This document shows, piece after piece, positions 38,610 through 50,641 of a DNA stretch of 64,000 nucleotides; position 1 is the first letter of the stretch, and each line of letters begins with the position of its first letter. This stretch comes from Lophium mytilinum (lineage: Eukaryota). Location of the stretch: NCBI GenBank assembly GCA_010093605.1, contig MU004204.1, positions 80,959 to 144,958 of the forward strand, in the 5' to 3' direction. The notes beneath the pieces are model-generated. The model made no database searches and was not told the DNA's origin. It saw only the letters and a program-made list of their open reading frames with translations. A program made the position numbers and the translations under genes.

Positions 38610-38800
38610 CCCTCCTATAGACTTTGTTCTAATAATTAATATCTCCTCTACCAGCCTTACTGTAACTATACTTACTTACTTGCTCGCTCCTATATATACT
38701 AATACACATATTTAAATAAGCTAGTCTTCCTAGGTTATACTTAATAAGCCTTAATACTACTATCCGCTATAGCTACTACTACCTCTACTCTAGTGTACTC
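38610..38800. other. Short RIP-like degenerate relic (TpA-rich, CpA/TpG-poor)
   Basis: About 40 TA dinucleotides in about 190 bp by hand count, with only a handful of CA/TG and many TAA/TAG stop codons. The flanks are GC-rich. Confidence 0.6.
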
Positions 38801-39060
38801 GCGTGACTTCCACTGCAAGTCTAAGGCTCTTGCACTCCCGTTTGCGAGCGTTACCAGCTTCTAAGTATACTTTCACCTCCTCTTCTTCCCTTTTCCTACC
38901 TCTCTCCTTAGCAGCGGGAACTTATATGCCACTGTCCGGGGTGCCTCGATGCCAGTCTCACATTCCCAAGCTCTGCTATCCAGCGCTCCCAGCCGGAACG
39001 CGCAAAAGCTCAAGTCCAACACTCAACCAAACCTCGAATGCGCACCCACCTCAGCGTCAC

Positions 39061-40464
39061 CTAAACCTCCACCTCCCGCCCACTCGCCTCCTTCATCCCA
39101 CTCTTCTCCTGAACCGCCTGCCCCAGCCGCGCCCTTGCCCTCAACCCCTCCCGAATCCCCTCAACCCCCTTATCCGACCACTGCTCAAACCCCCCCTGAC
39201 TCAGCGGGAAAAGCGGCAAATTCAACGCACTCTTAACATAATCCCCCGGCCGCGGCGGCGCCTTGCTCGTAATCACAGCCACATCCCGCATCAGCTCCTC
39301 GTAGAAGGTCTCCAACGGGAGATCATTAACATCATTGCCAAAGGGGTTCTCGATTTCGTTGCCGATAAGCGCGATGCCTAGGATTATGTACGCGGCGACC
39401 ATAGTAGCGGGAATCGTAACCCATTCGAGGGTTTTGTAGAGCTGGAAGGGGAGCATGCAGACGTAGACCCAAGTGACTTGGCTGATGGCGATGGAGTAGG
39501 CGATGGGGAGGGGGGTGTTAAGGACGCGGTCGGTGCCGGTGAGGACGTCGTTGAGGGTGCTTAGGTTGTTGAGGGCTTGGGTTTGGTAGATGGAGACTTT
39601 GAAGGTGCCGTTGTTGAAGAGGTCTTTGATGTAGGCGCTGAGGTTGGAGAGGATCTCGAGAGGTAGGTTTCCGAGGGGTGCGGGGGCGCGCTTTAGTTCT
39701 TTGCGAGGGTTCGATATGGCCATAGGCACACCGAGAAATTCGCCGGTTGTTTTTAGTGGGTTGGGGGGCTTCTGGTGGCTCGTGTTAGGGGCTCCAGCTG
39801 CCTGTGCAAAGGTGTCGAGGTGGCCGATAAGGGACTGTAGGTCGTCGTAGTGTGCGTATGGCTCGAAGCGCAGCTTGTGCTTCAAGGCTACGGCGAAGGC
39901 TACGATCAAGTTGCATGCTGTGATCTTGCCTAGGAGATCCTCCTTGCCCAGGTCACCCTCTCGTTCGTCCGCGTGGATCCAGATGAGGCGAACCAAATTC
40001 TGCGATGTTAATACGAGAGTGGCCCAGTACCTCCTACCCTCCATATAACGTTCGTAGGCTGAGGAAGAGCGAAAAGACAGGCCAAGGCCAACGACGAAAC
40101 CCAGGACAGTCAGGAGGACGGAATTAATGCCCACTGGAAACTGTCAGCCTTGTATCTTGCAACTTGCTTGATCAAATAAAAGAATAGAAGGTCCTACAAT
40201 TATGCACGAACTTGCAGAGGCACGTTATCAGCGTCGCCCAACCCCCAACAAAGAGCAGCGGGAGAGCCATCTCAGGCAGCACGCTCCCATGCATTCGAAG
40301 CCACATCGGCCAGCGCGAATGATGCGACATATCGCGAGGACCGACCTGCCAATTGTGAGCCCTTCTTACATCTCCAGAAGCACGCGACCAAAAAAGATCA
40401 ATATCCTTACGAAATAATCGTCAAGATCCTTAGACTTGTCCTCCGTCATACTTTTCGTCGCCAT
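39061..40464 (-). CDS. Bestrophin-like (UPF0187/YneE family) membrane channel, 3 exons
   Basis: DLDDYF|VGPRDMSHHSRWPMWLRMHGSVLP...|LGINSVLLTVLGFVVGLGLSFRSSSAYERYMEGRRYW...TPLPIAY...EIENPFGNDVNDLPL. Confidence 0.92.
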
Positions 40465-41203
40465 CGTGTCTCGCAGGCCAAATCAAACCAGAATCAAACG
40501 ACAAAACCTTTTCAAACCTGCCATAGGCATGGGGTGCCTCAAAGATATATACCATCCCGCAGCCGCTCAGCTACACTCTTTCAGTCTGAGCCCCCTGCCC
40601 CCAGCTCCTGGCAGCCCTGCAAATCGACGCCTCCGGCTGCACGGCGTCCGATTGAGGCCGGGTCAGCGCGCTTCATGGGGCATGGTTGGCCGCCTCTGGG
40701 AGAGAGCTGTCGTGGAAGCAGGCTATTGAGTCTTGGGGTTTTCTTGGTGTAGCTGGGCAACGTGACGATTAGGGAAATGGGTCGGCAAGCCGAGCGGGAT
40801 GGCCCCTGATCTAGGCATCTGGGCTTCATGCCAAGCATGCTTCGTATGGGCCAGCTTGTCTGTCAACACCTCCGCAAACGGGGTCAGATCTCGGAGCTCA
40901 AGATCTGCGGCAGCGAGATCAGTTCAATTCACGTGCTACCTATTATTACATCGCGTGGAGTCGTGTGCCACGACCATGACCCATTGAGGACAGGCAGACA
41001 GTGTCAGAGAGGAGACAGAGTGAAGCAAATAACCGACCCAAATAGGGCTTCTCCCTTGGGTATCTATGAGGAGTGTGGAAATCGGAACAGAGCAAAAATC
41101 TACGCCACAAACACCCGAATTCAGCACCGAAACCCCAGCCCTCGGCCGCCCAGACACCCCCTTCAGAAGGCACCCAAGGAGCCACCCACCCACGCCAACT
41201 CCA

Positions 41204-43310
41204 CTACACCTGGAGCTGGTGTGTGGGGCAGCTCCCTGGGCCCTTGACAGCCCACCATTGTGCGATGCAAGCCTGTGAACTGTTAGTAAGAGACTCTAAG
41301 GCGCGTTATGGAGGAAGGACTCACGTTGTGGAACTTGCACAGGCACGCCAAGCGCGCCAACTCCTCCCCCTCCTCGTACTCCTCGAAGCACACAATGCAC
41401 TCCCCCTCGCAGTCCTTTTCGGTGGCCTTCCAGGTGAGCTTCTGGTAGTTCATGTTGGTTTGACGGCCGGAACCCGACGCCGAGGCCGCGTTTCCGGCCG
41501 GAGATCCACTCATTCGGTCCGTGATGCAGGCCGCCACGTGCTCCTCTCGGGCGGTAGTTCTGTCCACGCCAGCGGGCAGTGGGGGCAGCTCCCGGCCGCA
41601 AACCGGGCACATCTCGTCCTCGGTGAGTTCGTTGCGGGCACGCGGCGTGGGAGCAGGAGAGACGCGGCCTACGGACCTATCGTCCTCGAATGCTGGAAAT
41701 ATGAGCGAATCCGCGGGAGAGTGGACGCGGGGTGCCGAGCTGTGGGCGCTTGCGGTGGACGACGGGCTCTGGTGCGGGAAGAGGTGGCCATGTCGGCCGG
41801 CGGAGAACGAACTGTGGGCTTCTTGTGACCGATCTAGCAGACGCTGTCGGGCAATGGCTTGCAGCGGCTGGGAGCTACCCTGGGGTGCCTCTTGACGGCG
41901 TGGTGGTGGACTAAAGTTGGGGTCTGGGACGCATGGATTGCAGACTCGAACTTCCTCTCCGCCTCCGAGAGCGGGATTCAGGGCGGATGGGCTGAACGTC
42001 TCTGGAACAGCATCGAAATCAGACTCTCCAGCTGATGTGGCTGCGTGCGGTGATAAGGCGTCGAGGTCCTCCGCTGGGGGGTGGACAATGAATTGGCGCG
42101 GTATCGTGATTCTGTGTGGAGAGCACCGCGCGCACACGACTCGTCCGCATTTCCTATAGAGAACGAAAATTAGCTACTGACACACAGAACACACCAAAAT
42201 CGAGTAAACATTGACGAAGTGACGAGACTGCGAGAGGAGACACAGTAGACAAGCCACTCCATCAAGCGGCTCGAGCGATGGGTGTGATTTGAAGCCAAAA
42301 AGTGCGCAGAGACGTGAAACAATCCACACTGAGAGGAGACTGAAGATATAGACGTACCGACAGTGATGTTTGCGCGTGAAGAACGTGAAACTGGCGCTAC
42401 AGACAGGGCATTGAGTCACTTCAGAGTCTGGTTGCCACGGAGGGAGCATGATGTCGTTGCTGTCTTGAGCAGGGTTGTTTTGAAAGTAGTCGAGCTGTGG
42501 ATTGAGGGATGAGAAACGCCGCGGTGGCTGCTGTGAATGTGGAGGGAGAGGTGGAAGCGGAGGCTGTCGGTGGTGTGAAGCGTAGAGATTGAGGTTGGAA
42601 GACGGCAGGACGGAAGCAGACGCAGAATGTGCGTGACTGCGATGGCGAGGAGGGCGCGGCAGTGGAAGTGGTGAACGCGTGAACGAGACACTGTTGTGAC
42701 CTCTGTAGTGACCGGACTGCGCGGTGGGAGGAGGTTCAGGTGCGGTTGAGCGTCGTTTTCTGTCTGATGACGCTAGCGTTGTTGGTGGTTGAGGTAATGG
42801 TCGAGGGTTCGCCGACTCCACATAAGAAAGCCTCGACGACCGACGGCGAGGTTGATCGAGAAAAGGAGGGTACGGACCCTCCGCAGCATCACCTCCGGAC
42901 TCTCTCAAGAAATCATGCCAGGTCTGACCCCTCGAGCTCTGCGCGCCTTGTCCTCGATTGTGCGGGTACGTAGCCCCATCACTGTAAGTGTGTCCACCGC
43001 TTGGCCGGGCCCTAATGGTCCCTTGACTACTAGCTACGACTGTATCATCCGAACTAACAGAGCTACTAAGTTGTAGAGCAGGCATCGGGGAGCTGTAAGA
43101 GTGGGCGCGAGCGTGAGACGCCGCAACGCCCTCAGTGCTACTATGCCCACGACCAACCTCAGTAGTCAACCGGAACCTTTCACTTCCGTCCCCGGTCTCT
43201 AGAAGTATAGGGTTCGAGCTGTCAACGTTCACGAATGGTGGAGGTAAGGTGGGAGTACTGCGAGAGTGGCCGCGAGCGTGGCCGCCCTGGGAGTATGAGG
43301 GTGGGTCCAT
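41204..43310 (-). CDS. FYVE + RING finger protein (Pib1-like E3 ligase), exons 43310-42358, 42153-41325, 41272-41204
   Basis: WQPD..VTQCPVC...FTRKHHCR|KCGRVVCARC (FYVE signature) and C-terminal CIVCFEEY...ARLACLCKFHN|ACIAQWW...SCPTH. Confidence 0.92.
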
Positions 43311-44430
43311 GGCAACAGCTTTTGATCCAGGACACGGCCCGTAGGAAGAGAAGGTTCACGGATTATGAGAGTCTCTCTACGGAGATGTTTATGGGGGAGG
43401 ACGGTGGCAAAGACGACGCTGGAGATATTTAATCAGCACATGATGTGGCGGGGAGTCGAGCTTCGAAAGTCTACCTACCCACGACAGAGCTCTCAAGCAC
43501 CGACTTTCAACGCCAGAGCTGCTTAGCTCGCACAGGATCTATTACAATCATTTGTACAGGAAAGAGCACAAGGTGGAGGGCAGAAGGCTGAAGTTAAGGT
43601 ATGCACAGCCTGGGTCATGGACGTATGACCTCGAAGCCTGAGGGAGAGAGCGAGTGCACTGTGGGGGAATTTTGAAGAGTTCTATCCGACAGATGCGGAA
43701 TCAAGGCGAGTGTACTGAACCGAGGGGTTTCCCATGGATGCAGGGCGCAGAATGAAGAGTCAGCGAGGGATGGTGGGTGGCCAGATGAGGTTCCACGGTT
43801 GTTGTTCAGGTCGCGAATGCCTTATCGCCGATTCGCTCCTCCACTGTCCGGCGGCGGTGAGGGCAGCTTGTGGTGGGGGCTCACGCGATCATAGTACCAA
43901 AGATTTCAACTCTTCTGTGAGTACATGTAACCTTAATTCGGAAGTCTCCACGCTGGATTCCACATTAACAACATCTAGCAGAGTTTCATTATTTGTATTG
44001 GTTTGTATTTTTAACCAAAGCTCTCGATTACTTAGAATCCAATATGGGATCCAAGCGCATAAGCACTGCATATTATAGTACACCCAAACCGGCGATGAGC
44101 CAACAAGACCTCTGTGAAGTCGCAGTGGTTCCATGAAGCCCAACGCTATTCAACCCAGTATGAATCGTCCCGTTCGATTCAATGCAGCATGACCCACCCG
44201 AAGGCCGACTCCATTACTCAACTAGCCAACCAGGCGCCCAAATCGCCTGTGAATGATGCCGCCCACTTTTGCTGTACAAAAAGAGATTCGTTGCCGCTTC
44301 ATAGCAAGTATGCAAAAAGACCAAAACATAAGAAAAAGGCCAGGTTAAATGATGCTAGGGGATTAGGCAAAAAGGTTACATCGAATGTGAAAGAGAAAAG
44401 CTAGTAGGAGTATCAAGCTGTCACAGAAGA

Positions 44431-47400
44431 TTACGAGTGACCACTTCTGTTAGTACTGATGCTCCTGGATCTGGCGTCAACGAGCTCTGCGGCGCTTTCG
44501 AGGTGCGAACCGATACTATAGTCCCCTTGCTGGATACTGTCGCTGGCGATACGCTGATGAACGTAGCCAGTGCTGACAGGTCGATCACCCTGAGTATTGG
44601 CAGCGGCAGGCGGCAGCAAGGTGTTGGGTGTTTGTCCCGGGTCGGTGCCCTCGCTTCTTGGGTAAAGGCTAGAAGCGGCCGAATGGCCTGGCGTACGCTC
44701 TGGCGATGGGTCTGAAGACCCAAACGGTAGACGAGGGGTCAGAATGTTCGGCTGCAAGTGTTGGTCTGCGGGTACCTGCATCGACATCGAAGGCATACCG
44801 GGAGTTCCAGGAGGGGACGCGACAACGGTAGATAGTCGCTGGGATTGCTCCAAGATAGCTCGGTCAGTCGAAGCAGTGCGTCTAGAACTCTTACGAGGGA
44901 TGGTTGGAGCGCGGTGGGTAGTGGTGGCACGCGAAGCCTTGGAAGCTCGGGAGCCAATCCGACTGGGAAGTTCGATGCCACCTCCAGTCTCAATCGGTAG
45001 TAACATAGGAGGAATATCGGAGACTCGGTTCGTCTGATGATCGAAAGGATCATCGTCACTGACCATACTATAACCAGACGCATTGTCCATAATCGACGGC
45101 TCATGGTGATCGGCACTGCCTAGGTCCCTGCCACGCTCTTCATGCAGAGATATACTAGCAGCTGCGCCCGCTTCGACATCGGGGCTGTCCTGATAGGGCA
45201 CCGGGCTCGTCTCCTCGTCCTCGCCGAGAGGTACCATTTGTGGAGGCATTCTAGTACTCCTGACAACCTCGAAACCCTTGCCCTTCTCCTTGCGCTTCCC
45301 ACCTAACAGAGTCTTGAACCAACCGGAGGCTGAGGAAACAGGTCCCATGGGATCCGCGGGCCCAGTCTTGAGCTTACGGGTAGGCAGAGTTGACAGAGCC
45401 GGCCCTCGAATACCGTAGTAGAAATCCGATTCGCGCACAGTGTAGTCCGTAGTCTTTCGGTGCTCACTCAACGTCGGGTCGGAGTCCTCTCTATTCATGC
45501 GAAGGTATGCAGGGGCAATCGAGCTTCGTCCGGGCGAAAAGGAAGACGGTCCTTCTCCAGCATCGCCTTCTTCGGCCTGATCTATAGAGTCCGCATACGG
45601 TGTATTTGCCAACTCAGCGCTGGCTGCTGAACCTCGACTCCGGTTACCAGGTGCCGAGGGATCTATGGGATTCGTAGGTCGGCGGGCACGGGGTGGACGA
45701 TAGTATGGGTCCATAGCCTCGATATTTGTGCCTAGGGTGGGTCGTCGAGAACCTTGAGCAGAGCTACCCCCGAGATACGAGAATGGTGTTGGACCACCTG
45801 GAGTTCCTGGTGTCGGACTAGGTGCTCCAAACGCGTTCAAATCGCCTCCTTGACTCAACTGATCAAAGCCAACGCTCCCGCGGTGGCTGCCCGTGAGTTG
45901 CTGATTGAGCAAGATGGCAGAGCTCTGAGATAGGCTCCTGGATCGACCTCCCATGAGTCTGACTGACTTCGAATCGATTTCGGGAGAAAGCATAGCAGCG
46001 GTAGAGTTTAGACTACTCCTCTGGTTCTTACGATGGGTGTGACGATTGCGCCTGGAAAGCTCTCGCATGCCAAACACCTTGCTCAAACCGCCTCTTGATT
46101 CACCACCAGCGCCCGCAAGCCTCGCAGCAACCTCGATCAAGGTTTGGAGTGAATTGAGAAAGAAGCCAAAAACTAAAACAGAGGCATGGAGGAGCAATAT
46201 TATGTACCCAATCCAACCTTTCGGCCCTTCCGAGATTCCTAGCGTAGGAACAAATGCAACGCTCAGAAGGGTAGTAGCGAGCCGGACCGTCGAAAAGAAC
46301 GTATGATACGCGTTCATCGAGGTATTTGATTGAAATGGTCGGAAAGCGTGAAGCGTCAGAATCAGGATGACTTCAGAAATGGCGAGCATTATAACTTGAG
46401 CAATTCCCGAGGGCTGGATAGCACCGATTGCGACTCCGCGAATAGTATTTACGAGGACAGGTATGAATGCGAAGGGTGCTGCGTCATCCGAGTACGTGTT
46501 GTAGAGCGGACCATAAGCCAAAACCGTGGGAAGATCATCGAAGAGGAAAGCGCGCGGCCGGGTCGTGAAGATGAACCAAGATATCCACGTGGCGAGGCAG
46601 GTGACAGCAATGATCAGAATGACGGCTCCGGCTACGACCGATGCGGGAGAGTGAGGCGCGACAACGAGCTGAAAGAAGGAGAGAGCCAGTATTGGAAGCA
46701 GGAAGAAGTTGAGGAGGATGCGCACGATGTTTCCGCCTGTAAAAGGCAGGTTCTTGCTGCGCAGATCCGATCCTTGAGTGTGAGATATCCTGCGGACTAG
46801 CAAGCGCAACAAGAAGCCAAATTGGCAAATAACGACAACAACAGCGATGAGACCCAACAGCCAAACTGTAAAGCCGGCCCAGATGTCTATTTCTTCCGTC
46901 ATTCCGACGAGCTCGCCGAGACGTGACAGCCCGTAAGTGCCGTTGACGACATATATCCCATCAACGAGGCTTCTTGAACCGTTGCCATGGCTCACGAGGC
47001 TCTGATTGAACAGTAGTACCGACCAACTTGCCTGGCTGACAACTGGCTGATAGAATCCAGGATAGTCTAGATTGAGACTTCCGGCAAGGACGATAAACTG
47101 GATGTATTGCAGACAGTCCCCAAAGCCAGGCGTGACTAATCGTAGCAAATCTTCGTCGCGACCAAAGTTGCTCGTCCAGCGAAATGGGTCGGACGAGCCC
47201 CATGGGCAGAAAATCGCTGCGAATATTGTGGCGATGGCAACCAATGCCAAGACCGCCGCAGGGAGGTAGGTCAAGGTATCTGAAATTGTGTCTCCCAAGT
47301 CCGGGGTAATGTTGGCCGACACACAAGCCAAGTGAGGCGCGCCGACGTCTCCGGAATCGACCCTTATTGTGGTAGCGAAGGTCGTAAAGGAGTATGAGCT

Positions 47401-48237
47401 GAGGAAGTTATGCCCGACTGTGTATCCTGGTAGTGAATACGGGTCGCTAGCGTTGCCCTTGAAAGAGGGGGCTATAGGGCAAGACGCGTTGACAGTCGAC
47501 AAGCAGAATTCGCTGCCCTTGTCGGCATACGGTGTGTAGCTGGCCACATTGAACGTTGAATAGAGGGTGGTAAGTTTAGGATTGGTCGGGCTTTCGTCTA
47601 CAATCTTGCCGAAATCCACTTTAGGGTCCGACCAAGCCGGGTCATCTGGTGGAGGATACGGCCCCATGGTCGCTTGTCCGGAAACATTGCCGTAAATTGT
47701 GATGTTCATGTTATAGTTCTCCGTGGATGTGTTGAATCGAGCGTCGAAGAAAAATGGCGTGAACTGAAGGACCAAGGTTCCATCGCCCGGGTCGCGAATA
47801 GAGGCATCCAGGCAGTTCTCAAAGTTGATGAAGACCCCAGACGTGAGAACCGGGAAGGCGATAAGGATTATGACCATCAGCATTGCTGCTGTTGGTGAGA
47901 AGGGCCTCGAAGCTCGCTGCTTCACCCTGGGCCGACGAGGAAGGTAGCGCTGGAGCCAGCACAGGAGTTCCTTCAATCGGTAGCAGTTCGTGCCTGCGTA
48001 CCTCACGATGGGAATCATGACATAGATCAGGATGTGTTCCAAAAGATGAATCTTAGAGACTGGGACTAGGCCAAGTAGTAGCATATGAACCAGGAGATGG
48101 GCCAAAGTGTGGATCATGCCAGTCTGCAGGTAGTCGACGATACGTTCACCCATCGTTTGGTCTTCATGATGGTGGCCTTCAGGATCGTGGGCACGCCTTC
48201 GTGATGGAGGGCTGACGGAAACACCTCTGGCATCCAT
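44431..48237 (-). CDS. FLC/TRP-like integral membrane protein (luminal ML-like domain, multi-TM TRP domain, long disordered tail); start 48237, 48153 or 47883
   Basis: Single 1283-codon ORF with FINFENCL...CPIAP...LACVSANITP, PGFGDCLQYIQFIVLAGSLNLDYPGFYQP, YGPLYNTY and RPF..NTSMN, plus about 8-9 hydrophobic segments. Confidence 0.9.
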   Translation of the reverse strand: MDARGVSVSPPSRRRAHDPEGHHHEDQTMGERIVDYLQTGMIHTLAHLLVHMLLLGLVPVSKIHLLEHILIYVMIPIVRYAGTNCYRLKELLCWLQRYLPRRPRVKQRASRPFSPTAAMLMVIILIAFPVLTSGVFINFENCLDASIRDPGDGTLVLQFTPFFFDARFNTSTENYNMNITIYGNVSGQATMGPYPPPDDPAWSDPKVDFGKIVDESPTNPKLTTLYSTFNVASYTPYADKGSEFCLSTVNASCPIAPSFKGNASDPYSLPGYTVGHNFLSSYSFTTFATTIRVDSGDVGAPHLACVSANITPDLGDTISDTLTYLPAAVLALVAIATIFAAIFCPWGSSDPFRWTSNFGRDEDLLRLVTPGFGDCLQYIQFIVLAGSLNLDYPGFYQPVVSQASWSVLLFNQSLVSHGNGSRSLVDGIYVVNGTYGLSRLGELVGMTEEIDIWAGFTVWLLGLIAVVVVICQFGFLLRLLVRRISHTQGSDLRSKNLPFTGGNIVRILLNFFLLPILALSFFQLVVAPHSPASVVAGAVILIIAVTCLATWISWFIFTTRPRAFLFDDLPTVLAYGPLYNTYSDDAAPFAFIPVLVNTIRGVAIGAIQPSGIAQVIMLAISEVILILTLHAFRPFQSNTSMNAYHTFFSTVRLATTLLSVAFVPTLGISEGPKGWIGYIILLLHASVLVFGFFLNSLQTLIEVAARLAGAGGESRGGLSKVFGMRELSRRNRHTHRKNQRSSLNSTAAMLSPEIDSKSVRLMGGRSRSLSQSSAILLNQQLTGSHRGSVGFDQLSQGGDLNAFGAPSPTPGTPGGPTPFSYLGGSSAQGSRRPTLGTNIEAMDPYYRPPRARRPTNPIDPSAPGNRSRGSAASAELANTPYADSIDQAEEGDAGEGPSSFSPGRSSIAPAYLRMNREDSDPTLSEHRKTTDYTVRESDFYYGIRGPALSTLPTRKLKTGPADPMGPVSSASGWFKTLLGGKRKEKGKGFEVVRSTRMPPQMVPLGEDEETSPVPYQDSPDVEAGAAASISLHEERGRDLGSADHHEPSIMDNASGYSMVSDDDPFDHQTNRVSDIPPMLLPIETGGGIELPSRIGSRASKASRATTTHRAPTIPRKSSRRTASTDRAILEQSQRLSTVVASPPGTPGMPSMSMQVPADQHLQPNILTPRLPFGSSDPSPERTPGHSAASSLYPRSEGTDPGQTPNTLLPPAAANTQGDRPVSTGYVHQRIASDSIQQGDYSIGSHLESAAELVDARSRSISTNRSGHS

Positions 48238-50524
48238 CGACGGACCGCTACCCAAAGCTGATGCCCGGTAGCTCCAACTCAATAGACCCCAGCTGGTATT
48301 GCGAACTCCAAACAGCCTGCGCTGCCACCAGGAGAGGGCCAGACGTTGTGTGGACAGCCGACGTGGACAGCCTGCGCTATCGACAACGCAGCAGCTGTGT
48401 TTTTGCTCGGACTGCTGGCGCGAAAACGAGAGAGCGCCGACGGGCTTTGTCGGACTAGGCGTGGCGTGCTGTCATGACACAATTGCCCGTCGATGATGGC
48501 TGAGCGAGTGTGGAGGGGAGGTGTAGGTGAATGGAGGAGCGAGGGCGTCGGTGGTGGTGAGTGGTGGTGAAGGCTCGCGGAAATCTCCTGGCGTGCAGCG
48601 GGCGGCGGGCGGCGGGCGTCAGATGCCGAGCGAGGGCACCAAAGCGAGAGAGCAGCAGCAGGGGTGCACCTCGAAGAAGAGAAAGGCCGTGATGGGGTCG
48701 GGAGAGAGGTCGGGGGAGAGGGAGGTGAGCGGTGGCTTGGGGTTTTTTCTGGCGCGCGCAAGTGTCACTCGTAGCTTGCCGCCTCTGGCGGATTTATGGT
48801 GTGGAGGTGGCTCAAGGCTAATAAATGGCATGCATCAAGCATTTGGGCGTCGGCATCAACCCACACCAGGCGGGCAACCCTGCCCTTCGGGTATAACAAA
48901 GCTTCCTATTCCCCGGGACTCTCTACAGCGTCATCGTCCATTGCGTTCTTCGAGAAGAAAGTAACGTTACTTTGGCTCGCACGTCGCTTGCAGTGCAGGA
49001 GGCGGTTACTTCGGAGCATCTCACTATCTCAGCCAGGCCAAATACAGCCGAATACGAATCAGAGCGCTTCTCGAGTGGCGATCAAAGCTGCTCGCTGAAT
49101 ACGAAGAAGTCCCGGTCGCTTGGCTGTATTCTGAAGTCTTCAGGCATCACGCCAGGGCCAGAAACAGCAGAGACGGGCCTTCGCAGCGTCCAGCTAGCAT
49201 TGAGTTATCGTCATGGCAGTCTGAAGCCGCGACATGAAACGCACTTGGGGTTAGACCGAGCGTCAGATAAGGCAAGGCGTCAACGTTGTGGCAGTGCTGA
49301 TCGTCTTCCGGCAAGCCTATTCTATTTTTACCTTTTCCATCCGCTTCTCATTGGCTTGATGCCTCGTTATTGAAACCTCTCCATTTTTACTGGCGAGGAT
49401 GACATTGGTGAATAGGGTTTCGAAGCCATGTTGAAGAAAGGATGGCCGATCATATCCAGATCCTGCTTGGCGTGGGCGAATGTCTGTGAGGCTCTTTTGC
49501 TTGTGTATTCAAACGCTGTAGATACCATTATGTCAAGCCAATTCATATCAGCAGAAGAACCTCTTTCAGGGAGGGCGAACCGAAAGCTGGTATTTTGTGA
49601 TACAGAACTTTACGTGAGCCGTAACTAAGCGCTGAGCATCAGATGAAACATGCCCTGTTCGTATCAAGTTAGAAACCGCATCAGGTTCTGAAGACCTCGT
49701 CCAGCTCACGAAATCCTCAACAGTTGCTACCATCAGTAATCCCTTGCTGCTGACCAACACAAGCGTTTCGAAGCTGACGCACTGCCGGATCCGGCTTTAG
49801 ATCTAGGCGGCTGTCTCAGCAGCAGTCCTTGTTGAGTTTCGACGCAGGTCCCTCTATATACTATTTCGCAACGGTTGGCCGACTTTGGGAAGCCTAGATG
49901 CGGTGTAAATGGGTTCCATCGACCATCTTGATACGTCAATGGGCTACCTCAGATAGCGCCGTTACTGAGTTTACTTTTTTGTAAGGTGCATTTCCAGGTA
50001 CAAAAGCTTTTTATATGATAGATTTTCCAACTTAAAGGCACACTACTTACAGGCGTTCTCTCGTAGTTCAAAGCAGTTGTTCTTTTTTGCGAAGGAAGAG
50101 ACGATATGGACGTCAAGAACACGCCGACATAATGTCAAGCGGACCAAAGTCTGCTTTTGTGAGTTCTGATAGCACCCTAATGCCATCGAAACGTCCGTCT
50201 TTGCAATAGCTTAGACGTACATTCTCACTGTCCACTATGACACGATGATACCAAGCAGCGTCTTGACTGAACGTGTAATTTTGTCCACTTTGGCAAGTCT
50301 TTTTAACTTTACGTGTTCGAGCGTATCCCTAATCGACCCAATGTGTGGGCCCGTTGGCGCCTGACAACTCAGATCCGGGGCCCACTATATCGCTGATGAG
50401 TTAATGGATCTACTAGCATGTCAAGGTTGGCGTATCTATGTTCAGTCAAGACGGAATGTCAGGACACGCCGCTGTAAAGGGGCTGATGAACGCAATGTTG
50501 AAGCTTGATATTTGGTCCTGTAAA

Positions 50525-50641
50525 CACGTGACGTACAATGCCAAGCCATACTATTGAAATAATCCAGCAGTCACGTGATATGTATCTCTGATATGAGCCT
50601 CAGGCAGTACAGGAAGGTAGCTGGAGCTGAGCGTCACGTGA
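50525..50641. promoter_or_regulatory. Three CACGTG E-boxes within 117 bp
   Basis: CACGTGA at 50525, TCACGTGA at 50571 and TCACGTGA at 50634, in the divergent intergenic region. Confidence 0.4.

Noticed and set aside
49370..49940. Short minus-strand ORFs in the FLC upstream region
   Set aside because: They cannot be joined by credible introns and have no recognisable motif.
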